From a bacterium (lineage in GTDB: Bacteria > Patescibacteriota > Microgenomatia > Daviesbacterales > UBA10151), in NCBI GenBank assembly GCA_021786315.1, contig JAJYNN010000002.1, positions 100,160 to 164,159 of the forward strand: a DNA stretch of 64,000 nucleotides. The letters run 5' to 3'. The notes beneath the pieces are model-generated. The model was not told the origin of the DNA, ran no database searches, and saw nothing but the letters and a program-made list of their open reading frames with translations. Every line of letters begins with the position of its first letter. The first letter of the stretch is position 1. Positions 41,047-51,477 of this stretch are shown here, piece by piece. The translations under genes were made by a program, and so were the position numbers.

Positions 41047-41810
41047 ATAGGCTGAGGCAGGGGTTGATTTTCATAACCGCTGTAGTCTTTTATTTGGTCT
41101 AACCAGCTGTGCCGGGGGAAGAAGTGCTCCGGGTGAGCTAAATATTCATAAAAAGCATAAGGGCTGCCTTCGTGTGCCGGATAGGGGCTTTGAAATTGAG
41201 AGAAGGCAAAAAGATGGAACCGCTTGCCGGCACCTTCCAGATTAACCTGTAAATTATCCAGCAGACCAGTAAGAACTTTAGGGGACCGGGCATAATAGCT
41301 GACCCGGTGGGTCAAAGACCGGTATTTATTGCGTAAACGGTTAACTAAAGGTTGATTAATCATAATGTTTCCATGGATGGTGGCCAGAACCAACCCTTCC
41401 GGAGTTAGTGTTCGTTCAACTTCCCGGAAAAACTTCTTGGTCTGTTCATCATCCATAAAATCCAAAGTGTGATCCAAAACAATTAAATCCAATGAGCTGT
41501 CGGAAAAAGGGAGCTCCTCCAAACGTCCCTGAACTTTATGATGGGAGGAAAAAGTACCCATTGGTTCGTCATTCATATCCATAAGAATGAGATTATTTTG
41601 GGGATTAGGGTGAAGGTAACGGCAAAAATCAGAAAAACCGGAGGCGGTTCCTGAGAAGGCATGAAACCCCCCCAAAAGAGCATTGATTTTCTCTTTACCT
41701 AAAAAGCCCGGTTGCTGTCTGGTTAAGATATCAACTGCCCACGTATAGGCGAAGCCCTGTTCCCCAAGGCTCACCGGTTGAACAAAACGGTAATATTCCT
41801 GCCATCCCAT
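41043..41810 (-). CDS. class I SAM-dependent methyltransferase (putative)
   Basis: Central ...LDLIVLDHTLDFMDDEQ...PEGLVLATIHG resembles MTase motifs II-IV. Weak call. Confidence 0.4.
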   Translation of the reverse strand: MGWQEYYRFVQPVSLGEQGFAYTWAVDILTRQQPGFLGKEKINALLGGFHAFSGTASGFSDFCRYLHPNPQNNLILMDMNDEPMGTFSSHHKVQGRLEELPFSDSSLDLIVLDHTLDFMDDEQTKKFFREVERTLTPEGLVLATIHGNIMINQPLVNRLRNKYRSLTHRVSYYARSPKVLTGLLDNLQVNLEGAGKRFHLFAFSQFQSPYPAHEGSPYAFYEYLAHPEHFFPRHSWLDQIKDYSGYENQPLPQPI

Positions 41811-41875
41811 AATGGCTGGAATTATACATCATTGAGGGCTTTTAGTCCCGCGGAAGTTTATAGTACTATGAATCT

Positions 41876-42895
41876 ATGCAAGTGGTTTCTGCCCAGCTTG
41901 TTTCCGGCAAAAAAGTTTTAATCAGACTTGATATTGACGTTCCGATCGGAGTGTCGGAGCATCAGAGTGTCAGTGGGTCAGAAAAAGGCAAGTTGGTGGT
42001 TTTGGATGATTTTAGGTTGAAGGCTGGATTAGGTACTTTAAAGTTGTGTTTAGAAAATGCTTCGGAGGTTATAGTGATGGGACATCTTGGCCGGCCGAAA
42101 GGGGAGGACAAAAAACTTTCCGTAGCTCCGATTTATACCTGGCTGGAGAACCAAGGTTTTGCCGGTGACCTGGAAAGCGGAAAGCTGCAGCTTTTGGAAA
42201 ACCTCAGATTTGAGGAAGGGGAAGATAGCTGTGACCTCAATTATGCCAAAGAGTTGGCTGCATTAGGTGAGATATATATAAATGAAGCTTTCGCTGCCCA
42301 CCATCCGGCGGCCTCAACTACAGTTTTGCCGACACTTTTACCCCATGCGGCAGGATTACGCTTTGCTGAGGAAGTGAAGACTTTATCTGAAATCCAGGAC
42401 AACCCCCAAAGGCCGCTCATCGCTGTTGTCGGAGGCGCCAAGATAGAAGACAAATTACCGGCAGTAAGAGTTTTATCTAAAATTGCTGATGTGGTGTTAG
42501 TTGGAGGCAAGATATCCCAGGAGCTGGAAAAAGACCCGGGGATTTTAAAAGAATTAGGGGAGGGGGTAGTCTTGGGCGAGCTGAATAAAGATAAAACGGA
42601 TCTCACCCCTGAAACGATCCAGGTTTGGAAAGAGATTATCCTGCACCATTCAAAATCGGTAATCTGGAACGGCCCTTTGGGGAAAATAGAGGATCCTCAA
42701 AATAACCAAAGCAAGTATCTGGCAGAAGCTATTATCGAATCGGGAGCAAAAAGTGTTGTTGGCGGCGGAGATACTGTATCAGCGCTTGATAAATGGAATC
42801 TTTTGGATAAATTCAATTTTGTTTCAACTGGCGGAGGAGCAATGCTGGAATTTTTAACAGAGGGAACTTTACCTGCAATTGAAGCTCTTTCTTAA
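41876..42895 (+). CDS. pgk: phosphoglycerate kinase (short form, with in-frame repeat insertion near N-terminus)
   Basis: GHLGRPKG, VVGGGDTVSALDKW and STGGGAMLEFLTEG motifs. Confidence 0.85.
   Translation: MQVVSAQLVSGKKVLIRLDIDVPIGVSEHQSVSGSEKGKLVVLDDFRLKAGLGTLKLCLENASEVIVMGHLGRPKGEDKKLSVAPIYTWLENQGFAGDLESGKLQLLENLRFEEGEDSCDLNYAKELAALGEIYINEAFAAHHPAASTTVLPTLLPHAAGLRFAEEVKTLSEIQDNPQRPLIAVVGGAKIEDKLPAVRVLSKIADVVLVGGKISQELEKDPGILKELGEGVVLGELNKDKTDLTPETIQVWKEIILHHSKSVIWNGPLGKIEDPQNNQSKYLAEAIIESGAKSVVGGGDTVSALDKWNLLDKFNFVSTGGGAMLEFLTEGTLPAIEALS
41947..41988. repeat. GC-rich repeat (core GAGTGTCRG) copy inside pgk, in frame
   Basis: cggagtgtcggagcatcagagtgtcagtgggtcagaaaaa encodes GVSEHQSVSGSEK, which is absent from canonical PGK N-termini. 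Confidence 0.65.
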
Positions 42896-42935
42896 ATTGA
42901 CATCTCCCCAAAATCCATCTAATCTGGATATATCG

Positions 42936-45200
42936 ATGCAAAGATATTCCGAACGCGGTGTTGCCCATATTTTTGCCTTAATTCTGCTTCTTGTAGGAAT
43001 TGCTGTCGGGGTTTACCTGATACAAAACCCGCAGTTCCTCAATTCCTTTGCCGGTAATCCTCCGATTGTTATTAAAGGGGCGGATGGCAGCCAGCTGTCT
43101 CCAAACAAGGACGGTGTTCCCTCGACCGCTTCCACAAAAATTGTGGTGGAACTTAACTCTCCTCTGGGGCCGGCGGGGGTAAAAACTGATACTACTTTAC
43201 AGGCATCTCCGTCACCTACAGTCAATTATTCATTAACTGGTCTGAAGAAAGCTTATGGCGCCAAAAGAGGCCAGCCCAAATATGACCCCCAATACGATTT
43301 AAATAATGACGGAGTGATCAATATCATCGATTTTGCCCTCTTAATTCCCAAGCTTCAAAGCAAGCCGGAACCAAAAACCAAACCCCAAACGACGACGGTT
43401 TCTTACAGGCTGACCGAGGATGCCTTAAATATTAATCAGCTGCCGTTTGTTCCCTATACCGCTGATCCGATGGTGGTAAATTACGAATTCAGGGATAAAA
43501 AACCGGGCAAAAAGTTTATCTGGGTGGATTTCCAGGATTCCAAAGGCAAGATCCAGCGCCGCTCAACTCCGGTAGAAATTACCGCTCCGGCAGTGCCGGC
43601 ATCGGCTTGCGGAGCCGACCTTTCCTATACCTGTACTTCTTCCGGAAACCGTCTGACTGTCAACTGGAGCTTAAAAAATAAATACGGAGGCAATAGCTGT
43701 AATATTTTTCTTAAGGACAGCAGGGGGGACCATCAGATAAACGGCTCAAACTATGCCGGCCCTTGTTCGGGGTCGTGGTCGGACACTTCCCTAGACGGCA
43801 GAACCGTCAGTATCGGGGATCGCTACCAGCTTTTCGTCAGCAACGGTGACCCTGCCGGAGGGTGTTACAACCAGCAAAAAGGGGACACCACCTTGGTTTG
43901 TGTGACCCCCACCGCCACCCCAACCCCAATTCCGACTGCCGTCCCCGATCAAGGCGGTTTTGAGGTAGGGCTGGAGGCGGGTGAGCAACACGACACCAGC
44001 CGGGTCAACCTGGTGGCCGAGAGCGGAGCTAAGTGGGTGAGATTGAATTTTGTGGGCTCGAATTGGGCAGCCGGTTCTTCCGACGTCAATACTTACAACA
44101 ACATTATTAATGCCTACCGCAATAAAAATATTAAGATTATTGGCTTAATTGGTATTCAATCGGTTTCGGGGGGGTATGACAGGAACCATCCGGAAAACTT
44201 CACCCAAAAGTTTACTGATACGGCTTCTGATATTGTGGCCCGCTTTGGGGACAGGGTAAAAGTTTATGAACTATTTAACGAGCCGAATGATTGGGCCGGG
44301 GGATCGAGTTCCCAGGTTCCGGAAAAGTACTTTGCCACTTATCTTGCCAGCATTTACCAAAGGATTAAAATTGACCAGGGGAGAGGGGACATTTTCCTAA
44401 ACTCCGGGCCGCTTTTTTCCTTTGATTTAAACAACGGCTCCAGCTATCTGCAAAATACCTACAATGAAGGTAAAAACTTGAGTGGTTCCTTAAACTGGAA
44501 TACTATCAAGTCTAAGACCGGGAGCTATCCTTTGGATGGGGTAGGTTACCATATCTACGTGGCCCAGGGTGGTGGAGACCAATCCCAGGTTGAGACTAAA
44601 GTTAAAGCAAACCTGGATTCCATTAAGAGTGTCTTAAACCGGGTGGATAGCGGCAAAAAGATGTGGATTACCGAATTTGGGTGGGGAACAGGATTAGGGG
44701 GCATGAATGAAACTATTCAGGCTTCGAACCTAGAAAAGGCTTATTCTGTCTTTAAAAACTACCCGGCGGTAAGAATGGCGATGTGGTTTACCCTCCAGGA
44801 TTTTGACGGCAGTAAGTGGGGCCTCGTAAAAGGTGACGGCGGGAAAAAATCGGCCTGGTACGCTTTCCAGAGAGCGGGAAGCAACACCAATACGTGTTCG
44901 GCCAGCATAGATTATAGCTGTAGCGTTTCAGATAATAAGTTAAATGTCAGCTGGAACTTAACTAACAAATATGGAGGTAATAGCTGTAATATCTATATCA
45001 AGGATAACCGGGGGGATCATCAGATAAACGGCTCAAACTACAGCGGGCCGTGTTCCGGCAGCTGGTCAAGCAATACTTTGGACGGCAGCGCAGTTTCTGG
45101 AGGCGGGCGTTACCAGCTTTTTGTCAGCAACGGCGACCCTTCAGGCGGGTGCTATAATCAACCCAGAGGAGATGTTACTTTAAATTGTAACTACCAATAG
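42936..45200 (+). CDS. secreted glycoside hydrolase (GH5-like) with dockerin-like motif and duplicated Cys-rich flanking modules
   Basis: TM/signal segment HIFALILLLVGIAVGVYL. Dockerin-like DLNNDGVINIIDFALLI. Catalytic-type YELFNEPN and WITEFGWG motifs. Two copies of about 100 aa reading C..SY.C...N.L.V.W.L.NKYGGNSCNI..KD.RGDHQINGSNY.GPCSGSW. Confidence 0.55.
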   Translation: MQRYSERGVAHIFALILLLVGIAVGVYLIQNPQFLNSFAGNPPIVIKGADGSQLSPNKDGVPSTASTKIVVELNSPLGPAGVKTDTTLQASPSPTVNYSLTGLKKAYGAKRGQPKYDPQYDLNNDGVINIIDFALLIPKLQSKPEPKTKPQTTTVSYRLTEDALNINQLPFVPYTADPMVVNYEFRDKKPGKKFIWVDFQDSKGKIQRRSTPVEITAPAVPASACGADLSYTCTSSGNRLTVNWSLKNKYGGNSCNIFLKDSRGDHQINGSNYAGPCSGSWSDTSLDGRTVSIGDRYQLFVSNGDPAGGCYNQQKGDTTLVCVTPTATPTPIPTAVPDQGGFEVGLEAGEQHDTSRVNLVAESGAKWVRLNFVGSNWAAGSSDVNTYNNIINAYRNKNIKIIGLIGIQSVSGGYDRNHPENFTQKFTDTASDIVARFGDRVKVYELFNEPNDWAGGSSSQVPEKYFATYLASIYQRIKIDQGRGDIFLNSGPLFSFDLNNGSSYLQNTYNEGKNLSGSLNWNTIKSKTGSYPLDGVGYHIYVAQGGGDQSQVETKVKANLDSIKSVLNRVDSGKKMWITEFGWGTGLGGMNETIQASNLEKAYSVFKNYPAVRMAMWFTLQDFDGSKWGLVKGDGGKKSAWYAFQRAGSNTNTCSASIDYSCSVSDNKLNVSWNLTNKYGGNSCNIYIKDNRGDHQINGSNYSGPCSGSWSSNTLDGSAVSGGGRYQLFVSNGDPSGGCYNQPRGDVTLNCNYQ

Positions 45201-45201
45201 T

Positions 45202-45795
45202 ATGAGTTTGGTGGAAACTAATATTTACCTCTTTGTCATGGCCACGGTTCTGGCCGTCTTGGAGATCCAGATAGAAGGGGAACACGGCTGGGCGAAAAAT
45301 TTGCCTACCTGGAGGCCGAAAAACCCCACCTGGTACTCAAAAACCTACCAGAGAGTTATGAGCGGGAAAGAGATGACCGGGTATCACCTTTCCATGTTTG
45401 GCTTTGTACTTCTAATCCTTTGTTTGCCCTTTGTTTTTGGGCTGCCCCTAACGCTGGGGAATGCCTTAAGGATTGCTATCTTTTACTTCCTGTTTTCGGC
45501 GATGTGGGACTTTTTGTGGTTTGTCTTAAACCCTTATTATCCATTGAAAAAGTTTAAGGCTGAGTACCTTTCCTTTCACCACAAAAGCTGGCTTTTAGGC
45601 GTACCCACTGACTATTGGGGAGCCTTAATTCTGACTTTAATCCTCTCGGTACTTGGCCAATTTGTTTTGCATATGCCCAATTTGGTAGCCTGGTGGGGGA
45701 CAAACGTAGCTTTATTCCTATTCCAGGTATTCTTGATGATCCTCTTTTCTTTATATGTTTTAAAGATTGATAATTGGCATCCCTCTAAAAAATAA
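45202..45795 (+). CDS. hypothetical membrane protein
   Basis: 197 aa with 4-5 TM segments. Confidence 0.4.
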   Translation: MSLVETNIYLFVMATVLAVLEIQIEGEHGWAKNLPTWRPKNPTWYSKTYQRVMSGKEMTGYHLSMFGFVLLILCLPFVFGLPLTLGNALRIAIFYFLFSAMWDFLWFVLNPYYPLKKFKAEYLSFHHKSWLLGVPTDYWGALILTLILSVLGQFVLHMPNLVAWWGTNVALFLFQVFLMILFSLYVLKIDNWHPSKK

Positions 45796-46068
45796 GACTC
45801 TTTATTTGATTTCCCCTAGAGGTTGTGGTACTACATGCATATGACTGTTGAAAGTAGAGAGAATCATACATCTGAGGATACATCCAGTGATGAACATTTA
45901 AAACTAGGAATGGAGCTGTTGGGGTTAATTACTGCGGCTACTATTATAGCCGGATTATTAGGCAGTAGTGATGATGGGGCTGTAAGTGCTGTAAGACAAT
46001 ATTTCTTTGATAATTTATCCCGAATATTTCATTGACATCACTGCATTGTGCAAGTTACGATAGGTTTA

Positions 46069-47124
46069 ATGCTCAAAGTTGCCATTAATGGCTTTGGCCG
46101 GATTGGCCGGGCCGCCTTTAAGATTGCTTTAGAAAAGTTTCCCCAGGAGGTTGAAGTTGTGGCCATCAACGATTTAACCGATCCTCACATTTTAGCCCAT
46201 CTTCTCCAATTCGACAGCGCCTTTGGCCGCTGGGATAAAGAGGTTTTTGCAGACGATAATTCCATTACAGTTGATGGTAAACAATACCCAATATTTGCTG
46301 AAAAGGTCCCTGCAAACATCCGATGGGGCGATATAGGGGCGGAAATTGTCATTGAAAGTACCGGGAAATTTGTCGACGAGGAGGGGATGAAACAGCATCT
46401 TTTAGGGGGAGCAAAGAAGGTGGTTCTTTCTGCGCCTTGCAAGACCGGCAATGTTCCAACTTATATTATTGGAGTTAACCACTTCCGCTACCAGGGTGAA
46501 CCGCTAATTAATAACGGATCCTGTACCACCAACTGTGTGGCCCCGATTGCCGCCATTATGGATGAAAAGTTTGGGGTTTTAAAGGCTTTGATGACCACTA
46601 CCCATGCAGTCACGGCGGAACAAAACTTGGTTGACGGCCCGCCTCCGGGAGGCAAATCTCAGGATCTCCGCCGGGCCCGGGCAGCCTATACCAACATTAT
46701 TCCCACTACCACCGGGGCGGCGGTGGCTACCACTGAAGCTATCCCGACTTTAAAAGGACTTTTTGATGGCCGGGCCTTAAGGGTTCCGGTAATTGACGGC
46801 TCGATTACTGACTTTACTTTCCTGGTAAAAAAGAAAACCACAGTTGAGGAAGTTAATCAGGCCTTTAAAGATGCGGCGGGGGGAGAGAGGTGGCAGGGGA
46901 TTATTACCTGGAGTGACGATTCGTTAGTCTCCTCGGATATTATCGGCAAAAGTGAGTCGGCCATAGTTGATTTGCCTTTAACCCAGGTAGTTGACGGGGA
47001 CTTAATCAAGATTTTGGCTTGGTATGACAACGAATGGGGCTATTCCAACAGGCTAGTGGAACAGGTAATAAATATTGGGAAGGTTAAAGATACTCCATTA
47101 TCAGCTCCAGCCACTCCTGATTGA
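46069..47124 (+). CDS. gap: glyceraldehyde-3-phosphate dehydrogenase
   Basis: MLKVAINGFGRIGR, active-site SCTTNCVAP and WYDNEWGYS. Start set at the second Met; the longer ORF begins at 46048. Confidence 0.9.
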   Translation: MLKVAINGFGRIGRAAFKIALEKFPQEVEVVAINDLTDPHILAHLLQFDSAFGRWDKEVFADDNSITVDGKQYPIFAEKVPANIRWGDIGAEIVIESTGKFVDEEGMKQHLLGGAKKVVLSAPCKTGNVPTYIIGVNHFRYQGEPLINNGSCTTNCVAPIAAIMDEKFGVLKALMTTTHAVTAEQNLVDGPPPGGKSQDLRRARAAYTNIIPTTTGAAVATTEAIPTLKGLFDGRALRVPVIDGSITDFTFLVKKKTTVEEVNQAFKDAAGGERWQGIITWSDDSLVSSDIIGKSESAIVDLPLTQVVDGDLIKILAWYDNEWGYSNRLVEQVINIGKVKDTPLSAPATPD

Positions 47125-47149
47125 CAATCCGAGCTCACTTTGATAAACT
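47121..47149 (+). promoter_or_regulatory. candidate promoter TTGACA-17-TAAACT upstream of tRNA-Ala/23S
   Basis: -35 at 47121-47126 and a weak -10 at 47144-47149. Confidence 0.35.
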
Positions 47150-47303
47150 TGGCTTCTAGTGAGCAGATCACTTTTAATGAGAAGCAACGCACTTACATCT
47201 TAAAACCCTTGCGCTAAGGTCTTCCGAGGTAGCGAGGAAGCCAAGACCTTTAGCGTTGTATCCCTCAATTACTTACATTTAAATAGTTTTGGACAGGAGC
47301 GAC

Positions 47304-47376
47304 GGGCCCGTAGTTCACCCGGTAGAACGCATCATTTGCAATGATGAGGTAAGCGGTTCGAGTCCGCTCGGGTCCA
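47304..47376 (+). tRNA. tRNA-Ala (anticodon TGC)
   Basis: GGGCCCG/CGGGTCC acceptor (one G-U), anticodon loop TTTGCAA, T-loop TTCGAGT. No encoded CCA. Confidence 0.8.
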
Positions 47377-47486
47377 CAGGTGAAACGGAGTTTCACAGAG
47401 TCTAGACTCTAGAATCTAGAGACTAGTCACTGTGAGCCTCTGGCTCACATTTGCACTTTGAAATGTGAATACGATGTATGAAGGCC

Positions 47487-47566
47487 AAATTCGAATTAAG
47501 AATTAGGAATTATGAATGATGAATGAAAATTCTGAATTCTAAATTCTACATTCTAAATTCATGAAA
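47487..47566. repeat. AT-rich palindromic repeat family, hairpin copy between tRNA-Ala and 23S
   Basis: gaattaagaattaggaattatgaatgatgaatg...cattctaaattctacattctaaattcatg. Confidence 0.7.
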
Positions 47567-48072
47567 TAGCCAAAAGATACTCAACAAAAAGGCATACGGT
47601 GAATGCCTTGGTCGAAAGTACCGATGAAGGACGTACTAGGCGACGATACTCTGCGAGGAGCTGCCAAGAAGCTTTGATCCGCAGGTTTCCGAATGGAGCA
47701 ATCCACTCTGGTTAATCCCAGAGGACCCATAAGTAAATACATAGCTTATGGGAGGGCACGCGCTGAACTGAAACATCTAAGTAAGCGCAGGAAGAGAAAT
47801 CAATTAGAGATTCCCCCAGTAGCGGCGAGCGAAAAGGGAAGAGCCCAAACCACGCATCACCTTAGGCAGCAATGCTTAAGACGCGTGGGGTTGTAGGACT
47901 GACAGTAGCGAGTAGCGAGGATAGCTGAAGACTCTGGAAAGAGTTGCCAAAGAGGGTGATAGCCCTGTAAGCGAAATCCAAACTGCCGTGGTCAGATTCC
48001 TGAGTACCCTAGGACACGTGTAATCCTGGGTGAATCTACGTCGACCATGACGTAAGGCTAAATATACTTTCG

Positions 48073-48112
<40 letters not shown>

Positions 48113-48845
48113 AAGAGCGGAACGCTCAGTGAAATAGTACCTGAAACCGTATGTTGACAAGCTGTGGAACTCGCGATTTATCGCGAGAACCGCGTGCCTA
48201 TTGAAGAATGAGCCGGTGAGTTACTTTGCATTCCAAGTTTAAGTGCCGTAAGGCGCGAAGGCGTAGTGAAAGCGAGCCTGAATGAGCGAAAGCTCCTGTC
48301 TTTGACAGTAGGGCGTTTAGGAGTGCACAGTAGACCCGAAACCGTGTGAGCTATCCATGTCCAGGGTGAACTTCTGCGAAAGCAGGAGGGAGGCCCGAAC
48401 CCGTTACTGTAGCAATAGTTTGGGATGAGATGTGGTTAGAGGTGATATGCCTAACGAACACGGAGATAGCTGGTTCTCCCCGAAATATATCTAGGTATAG
48501 CCCTGTGCAAGTTTGTAGGGGGTAGAGCTCTGGCTGGAACTAGGTGGCGCAAGCTATCTATTCCAATCAAACTTCAAATACTTACAAACGTAGCAGGAGT
48601 CAGTCCGATCCGGCTAAGCGGAGCGGGCTCGAGGGAAACATCCCGAACCGACAGTTAAGGTCCCTAAATACAGACTAAGTGTTAAAGGATGTAAAGTTCC
48701 TTAGACAGCCAGGAAGTTGGCTTAGAAGCAGCCATCTTTTAAAGAAAGCGTAACAGCTCGCTGGTCTACTACGGAATTTTGCGCCGACAATGAATCGGGG
48801 CTCAAGTCTGTTACCGAAACTACGGGTGCTTGTCCGTTGGACAAG

Positions 48846-48963
48846 AATTTTCAAGTACCAATTACCAATTTACAATGAATTTTCAATGACCAAATGTTTT
48901 AAACATTTGAAAATTTAGACATTGAGATTTGTTTGAAAATTGAAAATTGAAAATTGGAATTTC
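48846..48963. repeat. AT-rich repeat insertion within 23S rRNA (between ...GTCCGTTGGACAAG and TCGTCCTTCGGACGAG...)
   Basis: gaaaattgaaaattgaaaattgg repeats plus the palindrome caaatgttttaaacatttg interrupt an otherwise conserved 23S helix. Confidence 0.6.
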
Positions 48964-49794
48964 TCGTCCTTCGGACGAGTGCGGTAGGGGAGCGTTCTGG
49001 AGGGAGTGAAGCTCATGGTGTAAACCAGGGTGGACCGTCCAGAAGTGAGAATGCCGGTATGAGTAACGAAATTCCAGTGAGAAACTGGAACACCGAAAGC
49101 CCAAGGTTTCCGATCCAATGTTAATCAGGGTCGGGTTAATCGGCACCTAAGACGAGGCCAGATGGCGTAGTCGATGGAAGACCCGTCAAAATTCGGGTAT
49201 TAGGCTTTTCTGATAAAAACTTTACGGGTGGACAAAGTGGGAATAACCCAGTCCTCTATATGGGGATTTAAGCAACGAATTAGTGGGTGTAGGAAAATCC
49301 GCACCAGCTTTCCAAGAACGACTTAAGTCACTTATGTGGCTTAAGCTATCTTAAGTGATTTATCGTTTAAGGGAGCTAATCACGTTTGAAGTGAGTTGCG
49401 ACGACGTAAGTGGGTGATTTTCTGTTTTCAGGAAAAGACTCGTAAAGGAGAAAAGTTATAGCCGTACCATAAACCGACACAGGTGGGCGAGTTGAGTATA
49501 CACAGGTGATCGAGAGAACTATCCTTAAGGAACTCGGCAATACAGCTGGACGTAAGTTAGCAAGATGTCCCGCCCTAGACCGCAAGGTTGTGGGGTTGCA
49601 ACAAAAGACGCTGAGCGACTGTTTAACAAAAACACAGGTCCGTGCCAAAGCGAAAGCTGATGTATACGGGCTGACACCTGCCCAGTGCCAGTAATTTAAA
49701 ACTGTCTTTGACTCCTTGGAGCAATCCTTGGACGAGGAGGTGGTCTAAGATCTGGTGAACGGCAGCAGTAACTATAACTGTTCTATGGTAAGAT

Positions 49795-50443
49795 TCGTTG
49801 CCTTAGAAGGTGGTGTGTTTTGGATAATTCTGCTATATGCTGGAAAATCTGAGAATCCGGTGCTACTATGGTGTAATCTTCCCATAGATATGCCGAGTAA
49901 CAATGTATCCGGTGCAGAAAATCAGCAGGAAAGACTTAAGATTTGTGGCTGGATAGTTGGTTTTACTGATGGGGAAGGGTGTTTTTCCGTTTCCATCTTT
50001 AAAAACAGGACAACCAAGAGCGGATTTCAGGTAATGCCTGAATTTGTGATTACCCAAGGTCAAAAAAGTTTGAGCTCCTTAGAGCTTGTTAAAAACTTCT
50101 TTGGTTGTGGCGCTATTTATGTAAATAGACGCCACGATAATCACACGGAGAATATCTACCGCTATTGCGTCCGTTCAATTAAAGATTTGCAGGAGAAAAT
50201 AATACCTTTTTTCAAAGAAAATCAGCTAAGAACCAGCAAAAAAGAGGACTTTAACTTATTTTGTAGGGCAGTGGAGATGGTTTTAAATCGTCAACACTTA
50301 ACCGCAGAAGGTTTAAAGATTCTTCAAGATCTTAAGAATCCTCAGAAACCACACGCAGAACCCTGAAATTTCAGGGAAGATATGGTTCGAACTATGTGGC
50401 GACACATAGGATTTAGATCAAAGGAAGTCTAATAATAAAATGT
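49795..50443 (+). mobile_element. group-I-type intron in 23S rRNA (inserted in the GGTAAG|GCGAAATTCC region, E. coli ~1917-1931 equivalent). Boundaries are approximate.
   Basis: Exon sequence GTAACTATAACTGTTCTATGGTAAG resumes at GCGAAATTCCTTGTC after about 650 nt that contain a LAGLIDADG ORF. Confidence 0.6.
49890..50366 (+). CDS. LAGLIDADG homing endonuclease (intron-encoded)
   Basis: ICGWIVGFTDGEGCFSVSI matches the LAGLIDADG motif, with a second half-motif LVKNFFGCGAIYVN. Start set at the internal Met because the upstream part of the ORF is 23S exon. Confidence 0.65.
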   Translation: MPSNNVSGAENQQERLKICGWIVGFTDGEGCFSVSIFKNRTTKSGFQVMPEFVITQGQKSLSSLELVKNFFGCGAIYVNRRHDNHTENIYRYCVRSIKDLQEKIIPFFKENQLRTSKKEDFNLFCRAVEMVLNRQHLTAEGLKILQDLKNPQKPHAEP

Positions 50444-50914
50444 TGAGCGAAATTCCTTGTCTGGTGAGTTCAGACCCGCACGAAAGGTAGAACGACTTAG
50501 CGACTGTCTTGAGGATAGACTCGGTGAAATTGCAGTGGCTGTGAAGATGCGGCCTTCCCATACTTGGACAAAAAGACCCCGTGGAGCTTTACTGCAGCTT
50601 GGCCCTGATTTGAAAACTTAACTGTGTAGTGTAGGAGGGAGATTCGTCGTCAATGAAACACCTCTCTTTTAAGTTTTTAAGTCTCAACCTTAGCCATAAA
50701 CTGGCAAGGCGACAAGGTCTGGCGGGCAGTTTAACTGGGACGGTTTCCTCCAAAAACGTAACGGAGGAGTACAAAGGTGCACTTAGATCGGATGGCAATC
50801 GATCGTAAAGCGTAAAAGTAAAGAGTGCGCTTGACTGTGAGACCTACAAGTCGAGCAGGTGCGAAAGCAGGTTTTAGTGATCCCTACTTACCTCATGGGA
50901 GGGAGTAGGCTTAT

Positions 50915-50948
<34 letters not shown>

Positions 50949-51223
50949 GATACCCAACAGTCCACAAGGACGGTATCGTTCGGCACCTCGATGTCGGCTC
51001 ATCGCAGCGTGGGGCTGTAGAAGGTCCCAAGCGTCTGGCTGTTCGCCAGTTAAAGCGGTACGCGAGCTGGGTTCAAACCGTCGTAAGACAGGTTGGACTC
51101 TATCCAGTATGGGCGTTTGAAACTTGAGGGGAGTTATCTTTAGTACGAGAGGACCGAGATGAGGAAACCTCTAGTGTGCCAGTTGTCCCAAAAGGGCAGC
51201 GCTGGGTAGCTACGTTTCTTTAT

Positions 51224-51254
<31 letters not shown>

Positions 51255-51424
51255 AGACCCCAAGATTAGGTTTCTTTATTAGACCCCTGGAAGACTACCA
51301 GGTTGATAGGTTGCCGGTGTAAGCATAGCAATGTGTTTAGCCTAGCAATACTAATGGTCAAAGTTGAGATTTTTTGGCTTGAAGCCTTTAGAAGTCGTAT
51401 TCACATTTTGAAGTAGCAAAGAAA

Positions 51425-51447
51425 AGCACCCCGTAAGGGGTGTTTTT
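51425..51447 (+). terminator. rho-independent terminator after 23S
   Basis: gcaccccgtaaggggtg followed by tttttt. Confidence 0.6.
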
Positions 51448-51477
51448 TGTGCCTAAAACAAAGAAAAGGTATGGTTT

